Source of the DNA: Holophagales bacterium
GTDB lineage: Bacteria; Acidobacteriota; Thermoanaerobaculia; Multivoradales; Multivoraceae
Assembly: GCA_009836625.1 (NCBI GenBank)
Contig: VXVC01000012.1
Location: 482,847 to 546,846 of the forward strand
Length of the DNA: 64,000 nucleotides
Direction: 5' to 3'
Part shown: one piece after another, positions 58,786-64,000 of the stretch
Numbering within the stretch: the stretch's first letter is position 1
Layout of the letters: each line of letters begins with the position of its first letter
Notes under the pieces: generated by a model
The model's database searches: none
The model's input: only the letters and a program-made list of their open reading frames with translations
What the model was told of the DNA's origin: nothing
Program-made: the position numbers and the translations under genes

Positions 58786-60936
58786 CTACGAGCCGCCCGC
58801 CTGGTCTTCGAGCGACCACAGCCGTTCCCACTCGCTGAGCAGGCTGCTGTCGACGCGTGTCAGCAGGGCGTGGAAGTAGCCGAGCTGGTCGAACACCGCG
58901 TCCGTCTTGAAACGGTCCGGAACACCGCGACTCAGGACCTTGAACAGCCGGCTCAGGTAGCGCAGAACGACGCCTTCGGACCGCTGCAGGTCATAGCGCC
59001 TGATGAACTCGTTGAAGCTCAGGGAGCCCTCGTAGACCTCGCGGCCGACCCGTTTCGGCCGGATCGAGTCGCCGCGCACCCACGGATGGGAACGGCGGAA
59101 CTCATCGAACGTCGGTTCGATCAGGTCGACCAGGGGTCGTGGATGGGTGACCTCGCGCAGCCGTTCCATCCGTTCCTCGAACGGCACCCGCTTCGCCTTG
59201 AGCCGTGCCGCGAGTTCGTCCCGCAGCTTGGCGGCCTGACGCCGTAGCACGATCCCGGGATCCTCCAGGATCGCCTCGACCAGGCTGAGCAGGTCCAGGG
59301 CGTAGTCCGGGTCCTCGCGGTCGAGCAGTTCCAGGGTCGAGACGAGGTAGAGCGACAGGTTCTGGTGCATCGAGAACTCGATCTGCAGTTCCCGGTCGGC
59401 CTTGACGACGTAGCCGCCGGCCCGCGCCGCCATCCGCAGGATGCCGGCGCGGTGCAGCGCCCGGACGAGTTCGGCCGACTGGCCGATCAGACGGTCCCTG
59501 GTTGCGGCAGGTTCGTGGCAGGCGGCGATCAACCGTCGCAGCGATGCGAAGTTCGTCCGGCGTCCGCCGTTGCGGGACGACTCGTCGGCCTGGATCAGGT
59601 CGAACACCATGCCGTGACGGAGGCGGAAACGGGATTCCAGCGTCTCGGGGGGGTGGGTCACGAGACGCTCGAAGGTGCGCTCGTCCCAGGGCACGAAACC
59701 GCGCGGCGGCCGTTTGCGGACCTGCCTGCGGCCCCTGCCGCGCGGCGAGGTCCTGGCTTTCAGACTCCTGCGCCGGTTCTCTATCTCGTGCGCCGGCGCC
59801 TGACAGACCACCCAGCCCAGGTCATCGAACCCCTTGCGGCCGGCGCGACCGGCGATCTGCTGGAAGTCCCGTACCTTGAGGATCGTGTCCTTCTCGCCGT
59901 CGAACTTGCAGAGCTGGCTGAACAGGACGGTGCGGATCGGCACGTTGACGCCCACGCCCAGCGTGTCCGTGCCGGCGATGACCTTGAGCAGCCCCGACTG
60001 GGCGAGCTTCTCGACGAGCAACCGGTACTTCGGCAGCAGGCCCGCGTGGTGGACGCCGACGCCGAAGCCAAGGAAGCGCCGCATCTCCTTGCCGTAGGCC
60101 GTGTCGAAACGGAAGTCACCGATCTCCCTGAAGATCGCCTTCTTCTCCTCCCTCGAACAGAGTCTGAGGCTGGTCAGGCTCTGGGCGAGCCGCGCGCAGT
60201 CCCGCTGGGTGAAGTTGACGACGTAGATGGGCGCCCGGCCGGCGTTTGCGAGTTCCTCGATCGTGACGTGCAGCGGTGTCTCGCGGTACTCGTACTCGAG
60301 CGGCACCGGCCGATCCCTGCTGCTGATGAGCGCCACGGGGCGGCCTGTCGCGCGCTCCAGGGCCTCGCTGATCGGCGCCATGTTGCCGAGCGTCGCCGAC
60401 ATCAGGAGGAAGGTCGTGCCGGGAAGCGTGATCAGGGGCACCTGCCACGACACGCCGCGCTCCGGGTCCGCGTAGAAGTGGAACTCGTCCATCACCACGT
60501 AGTCGACGGGCAGGTCCGCGCCCCGCCGCAGCGCCATGTTCGCGAGCACTTCGGCTGTGCAGCAGACGATCGGCGCCTTCGGGTTGATGCTGGCGTCGCC
60601 GGTGAGCATGCCCACCCGTTCTGCGCCGAACTCGTTGCACATGCGGAAGAACTGCTCGGAAGCGAGGGCCTTGACCGGCGCCGTGTAGAAGCCGGTTCTG
60701 CCCTCGCACAGCCCCTTCCACAGCATCGCCATCGCGACCAGCGACTTGCCCGAGCCGGTCGGCGTGTCGAGGACCACGTGGCGGCCGGCCATCACTTCGA
60801 GCAGCGCTTCCCCCTGGGCGGGGAACAGCTCGAAACCGAGCCCGGCGACCCAGTCGAGGAAGCGGGCCAGGATGATCTCGGATGAGACCGCTCCCGGGCT
60901 CTCGGGCAACCGATCGGCCAGGCGAGCACCAGTCAC
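58786..60936 (-). CDS. DEAD/DEAH-box helicase with DUF3516 C-terminal domain
   Basis: Walker A TPTGSGKS, DEFH box (VVMDEFHF), SAT, and a helicase C-domain with QxxGRAGR. A long C-terminal extension typical of the DUF3516 family. Confidence 0.8.
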   Translation of the reverse strand: MTGARLADRLPESPGAVSSEIILARFLDWVAGLGFELFPAQGEALLEVMAGRHVVLDTPTGSGKSLVAMAMLWKGLCEGRTGFYTAPVKALASEQFFRMCNEFGAERVGMLTGDASINPKAPIVCCTAEVLANMALRRGADLPVDYVVMDEFHFYADPERGVSWQVPLITLPGTTFLLMSATLGNMAPISEALERATGRPVALISSRDRPVPLEYEYRETPLHVTIEELANAGRAPIYVVNFTQRDCARLAQSLTSLRLCSREEKKAIFREIGDFRFDTAYGKEMRRFLGFGVGVHHAGLLPKYRLLVEKLAQSGLLKVIAGTDTLGVGVNVPIRTVLFSQLCKFDGEKDTILKVRDFQQIAGRAGRKGFDDLGWVVCQAPAHEIENRRRSLKARTSPRGRGRRQVRKRPPRGFVPWDERTFERLVTHPPETLESRFRLRHGMVFDLIQADESSRNGGRRTNFASLRRLIAACHEPAATRDRLIGQSAELVRALHRAGILRMAARAGGYVVKADRELQIEFSMHQNLSLYLVSTLELLDREDPDYALDLLSLVEAILEDPGIVLRRQAAKLRDELAARLKAKRVPFEERMERLREVTHPRPLVDLIEPTFDEFRRSHPWVRGDSIRPKRVGREVYEGSLSFNEFIRRYDLQRSEGVVLRYLSRLFKVLSRGVPDRFKTDAVFDQLGYFHALLTRVDSSLLSEWERLWSLEDQAGGS

Positions 60937-60955
60937 CTGTGTAGCCTAGGGGGCT

Positions 60956-61792
60956 GTGGTTCGGGAACGCAACGGTGCCGCGGTGTCCGACATCCGGTCG
61001 CCCGTGATCGTCCTGGTCGGTCCGCAGATGGGCGAGAACGTCGGCGCCGCGGCCCGGGCGATGCTGAACTGCGGGCTGACGGAACTGCGGCTGGTCTCTC
61101 CGCGCGATGGCTGGCCGAACGAGCGGGCGCAGGCGATGGCCACCGGCGCCTCGCTTGACGTCATCGACCGGGCGCGGGTCTTCGAAAGCACGGCGGCGGC
61201 GGTCGCGGACCTGCACCGCGTGTACGCCACGACCGCCCGCCGCCGCGACATGCTCAAGCCGGCAATCGGACCGCGGGATCTGGCCTCCGGGATCCGGGAC
61301 TGCGCCGCTGAGGGACTGCGTTCCGGCGTTCTGTTCGGTCCGGAGCGGGCGGGTCTCGACAACGACGACGTCGCGCTGGCCTCGCACATCGTCCACATCC
61401 CGCTGAACCCCGGATACTCGTCCCTCAATCTGGCCCAGGCCGTGTTGCTGGTTGGCTACGCCTGGTTCGAGGCCGGTTCCGGCCCCTCCGCGCCGCGCGA
61501 GCAGGCTTCCGTGACGCCTCCGGCCACGTTGGCGCAGCTCGTCAACCTGTTCGAGCACCTGGAACAGGAGCTCGACGCCTCCGGCTTCCTGCGGGTGGCG
61601 GAGAAGCGTGGCATCATGGTTCGCAACCTGAGGAGCATCCTCCACCGCGCCGAACTCAGGGAACACGAGGTGCGGGCGCTGCACGGCGTGGTCAGTTCGT
61701 TGGCCGGCCGGCGCAAGGACGGCAGACCGGTGCGGCAACCGGCACTCACGGCCGAGGCGATCGGGGAAGATGGCGAGTCTGGATCGGGTTGA
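60956..61792 (+). CDS. SpoU/TrmH-class tRNA/rRNA 2'-O-methyltransferase (TrmJ-like)
   Basis: IVLVGPQMGENVGAAARAMLNCG and SLNLAQAV SPOUT motifs. GTG start (60956 or 60983). Confidence 0.75.
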   Translation: MVRERNGAAVSDIRSPVIVLVGPQMGENVGAAARAMLNCGLTELRLVSPRDGWPNERAQAMATGASLDVIDRARVFESTAAAVADLHRVYATTARRRDMLKPAIGPRDLASGIRDCAAEGLRSGVLFGPERAGLDNDDVALASHIVHIPLNPGYSSLNLAQAVLLVGYAWFEAGSGPSAPREQASVTPPATLAQLVNLFEHLEQELDASGFLRVAEKRGIMVRNLRSILHRAELREHEVRALHGVVSSLAGRRKDGRPVRQPALTAEAIGEDGESGSG

Positions 61793-63696
61793 ACCGGACG
61801 ATGAAGCTGCGTAGCCAACTCATCCTCGCCTTTCTGGTGCTGGCGGTGCTGCCGCTGGCCGGCATCGTCGGCTACACGTACGTCTCCTCGGCAAGGGCGT
61901 TCCGGGCCGCGGTCGAGGCGGAATCGCTTGAGGTCACGAGGCAGATATCGGTCGGCCTCCTCCGGACCAGGGACGATGTGCGGGGGTACATGCGGAGGCT
62001 TGGCACGATTCTCCCCTTCGACGACCCCCAGTACGCCGATCCGGAAGCCCTTGTGGAGTTCCTCTGGAGCACCATGGGCGATGGCGCGGACTTCGTCGAT
62101 GCGCTGGAACTGGTTCCCGCGGTCCCGCCGGGACGGGCATCGGGTGCTGAGCGTCGCCGCAGTCCCGGGAGCGGAGGTCCCGGTCAACGGGGGCGCAGGC
62201 CGCGTGACTGGGTCGCTCGCGTCTTCGGTGGCCCCGTCTCGACTCCCGTCCACCGGGACGGCGACGTGGTGGCGCACCTGGAAGCCGCGATCCGGCCCGA
62301 GAATCTGATGCGAGATGTCCTGCGACGCATTCCACGGAGCGGCGGCGCGGTGCCGTTCGCACTGGACGCGGAGGGTGACATCTACACCTCCGAGCCGGAG
62401 GAACTGGAACTCCTCGAGGAAGTGCACTGCGCCGGCGACGAACCCCTTCTTGACGCGCTCGCTGCGGGGCACGAGGACCTCTGTCAGGGCATGAGCGAAT
62501 GGGTGGTCGCGACGCAGGCTGCCGCGGAAGGCGAGTTGATCTACGGCATCGTGCGTCCGATCGGGCCGTCCCTGGCCGAAATGAGGAACGCGTCGCTACG
62601 CAACCTGGGCGTCGGCGTGGGGATCCTCAGCCTGTCGATGCTGGCGGTGGCGCCGCTCTCGAACCGCCTGACCCGGAGGCTCAGCCACCTGACCAGGCAG
62701 GTCGACCGGCTGGCCCGCGGCGACGCTGCCGCCCGGGCGCGACTCGGCGGCCGGGATGAGGTCGGCAAGCTGGGCGAAGCGTTCAACCGCATGGCCCGCG
62801 ACCAGGAAAAGAGCCGGCAGCAGTTGCTCGAGCAGGAGCGGGAGCGGCGTCGTCAGGAAGTCGACCGTCGCCTGCTGGAGGCGGAGAACGAGCGGCAGAC
62901 GAGCGAACTCGAGGAGGCGCGCACGTTCCAGCTCTCGCTGCTGCCCGCCGGCATCCCCGAGCACCCGGACCTGGAGATCGCCGTGTTCCTGCGCACGGCC
63001 TCGGAGGTCGGGGGCGATTACTACGACTTCAGCCGCCTCCGGCCGGACGGTTTGCTGACCATCGCGGTCGGCGACGCAACCGGCCACGGCGCCCGCGCGG
63101 GGACGATGGTGACGGTGGTGAAGTCGCTGCTGTCGTCGGCGGACATGGGCCACTTCCGCTCGGTCAGCGGCACGGCCTCGCCGGCGCCCGGGGCGCCCGG
63201 TGCGCCCGGTGCACCCGCACTGCTTGACCTGGCCGACTTCCTGTCCCACGCGACAGCGACGATCCGCTCGATGAACCTGGGGCGGCGGGCGATGGCTCTG
63301 GTGCTGGCGCGCTACCGGGACGGGGCGCTCGACCTGGCGTCGGCCGGCATGCCGCCGGTGCTGGTCAGCCGCTTTCCGGCGGGTGAGGTCGAGGAGATCA
63401 TGACGTCCGGCGTGCCGCTCGGCACTCTGGCGAACGCGTCCTACGAGAATCGCCGGGTGCGGCTTGAACCCGGCGACGCGGTCCTGCTGATGAGCGACGG
63501 TTTGCCGGAGATGCTCGGCGAGGACGGCGAGCCGATCGGCTACGCGGCGGTCGCCGAGCGCTGGCGGGAGGTCGGGCAACGTCCGGCGGCGGAGGCGGTG
63601 ATGGAGTTCGAACGCTGGGTGGAGGAGCTGTCGCCGCAGGGAGTTCCCGCCGACGACGTGACCTTCGTCGTGATCAGGCGCCGGCCGCTCGAGTAG
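61789..63696 (+). CDS. Membrane sensor serine phosphatase: N-terminal periplasmic/sensor region, HAMP, coiled coil, PP2C (SpoIIE/RsbU) domain
   Basis: TM segment (LILAFLVLAVLPLAGIV), a HAMP-like LSNRLTRRLSHLTRQVDRLARGD...LGEAFNRMA, and a PP2C block LRTASEVGGDYYDF...IAVGDATGHG. The start overlaps the trmJ-like stop (TTGA). An alternative ATG lies at 61801. Confidence 0.8.
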   Translation: MNRTMKLRSQLILAFLVLAVLPLAGIVGYTYVSSARAFRAAVEAESLEVTRQISVGLLRTRDDVRGYMRRLGTILPFDDPQYADPEALVEFLWSTMGDGADFVDALELVPAVPPGRASGAERRRSPGSGGPGQRGRRPRDWVARVFGGPVSTPVHRDGDVVAHLEAAIRPENLMRDVLRRIPRSGGAVPFALDAEGDIYTSEPEELELLEEVHCAGDEPLLDALAAGHEDLCQGMSEWVVATQAAAEGELIYGIVRPIGPSLAEMRNASLRNLGVGVGILSLSMLAVAPLSNRLTRRLSHLTRQVDRLARGDAAARARLGGRDEVGKLGEAFNRMARDQEKSRQQLLEQERERRRQEVDRRLLEAENERQTSELEEARTFQLSLLPAGIPEHPDLEIAVFLRTASEVGGDYYDFSRLRPDGLLTIAVGDATGHGARAGTMVTVVKSLLSSADMGHFRSVSGTASPAPGAPGAPGAPALLDLADFLSHATATIRSMNLGRRAMALVLARYRDGALDLASAGMPPVLVSRFPAGEVEEIMTSGVPLGTLANASYENRRVRLEPGDAVLLMSDGLPEMLGEDGEPIGYAAVAERWREVGQRPAAEAVMEFERWVEELSPQGVPADDVTFVVIRRRPLE

Positions 63697-63735
63697 TCCG
63701 AGCAAGCCGAAACCAGTGTAGAATCAACAGTTACC

Positions 63736-64000
63736 GTGGCGAACCCGGTAAATGCCTTGACGAATCCAAAAGGCGCAGCCGCTGAAGATCTGATCGAGCC
63801 GTCGACCGCGACGGTTCCGGTCGAACCACTGGAGGCGGCTGAACCATTGGAGGCGGAGGGGGACCCGCCCGCGAAGCGGCACGTGCCGGCCATTGTGCCG
63901 GGTCTCGCCGAGCACTACATCAACCGGGAGCTGAGCTGGCTGCGCTTCAACAGCCGGGTTCTCGAAGAGGCTCGCGATTCCCGGCATCCGCTGCTCGAGC
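63736..64000 (+). CDS. ppk: Polyphosphate kinase 1, N-terminus (continues beyond window)
   Basis: Open frame from 63721 to the window end. [29 protein letters not shown] matches the canonical PPK1 N-terminal block ([16 protein letters not shown]). The start is approximate (GTG 63736 or TTG 63757). Not in the ORF track because it is partial. Confidence 0.7.
   Translation, partial: MANPVNALTNPKGAAAEDLIEPSTATVPVEPLEAAEPLEAEGDPPAKRHVPAIVPGLAEHYINRELSWLRFNSRVLEEARDSRHPLLE

Noticed and set aside
63180-63215. 9-nt triple repeat (gcgcccggt x3)
   Set aside because: It encodes a GAPGAPGAP linker inside the PP2C phosphatase, so it is a coding low-complexity feature.
63719-63724. TAGAAT -10-like hexamer before ppk
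   Set aside because: It is only 12 nt from the candidate GTG start, which is too close for a standard promoter-plus-RBS arrangement. Not called.

Overview
This window looks like a very GC-rich bacterial chromosome segment (organism unknown) with about 58 supportable features, nearly all protein-coding, and no rRNA, tRNA, CRISPR array or transposase that I could find. Many adjacent genes overlap by 4 nt (ATGA, GTGA or TTGA), which points to tight operons. Start codons on alternative triplets (GTG/TTG) are common, so several gene starts are approximate.

Well-supported core genes:
- thiC (3' end cut by the window edge) with a TPP riboswitch in its leader.
- A pyruvate dehydrogenase operon aceE-aceF-lpd, where the E3 carries an extra N-terminal lipoyl domain.
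- A solute-binding protein, a GST, several SDRs, a crotonase, a mandelate racemase/muconate lactonizing enzyme (MR/MLE), an aldehyde dehydrogenase (ALDH), a TonB-dependent receptor and a TonB protein, nth, a TrmJ-like methyltransferase, a HAMP-PP2C phosphatase and the start of ppk1.

The unusual items are:
1. A complete archaeal-type DNA topoisomerase VI pair, top6B then top6A with an ATGA overlap, directly downstream of the TonB-dependent receptor.
2. A full-length Elp3 homologue (radical-SAM plus GNAT) translationally coupled to pncB, in an NAD-salvage cluster with nadE and a long isochorismatase-family (PncA-like) hydrolase.
3. A Tat-exported Rieske 2Fe-2S protein immediately upstream of a PQQ quinoprotein dehydrogenase.
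4. Two separate sulfotransferase-centred loci. One is a six-gene minus-strand operon: SDR, methyltransferase, beta-lactamase-fold hydrolase, SCP2, sulfotransferase, unknown protein. The other has a small Stf0-like sulfotransferase divergent from two tandem NPP-like alkaline-phosphatase-superfamily paralogs, an RHH protein, a membrane protein, a GT2 and a hotdog thioesterase, with a TauE/SafE exporter nearby.
5. Two distant paralogs of an unnamed secreted protein family.
6. A vapBC toxin-antitoxin pair preceded by a long, near-perfect inverted repeat.
7. A minus-strand run of metallopeptidases (DUF898-coupled M48, M28, an intramembrane HExxH protein) together with a PhyH dioxygenase.

The many long antisense or alternative-frame ORFs in the six-frame track are GC-bias artefacts and were rejected.
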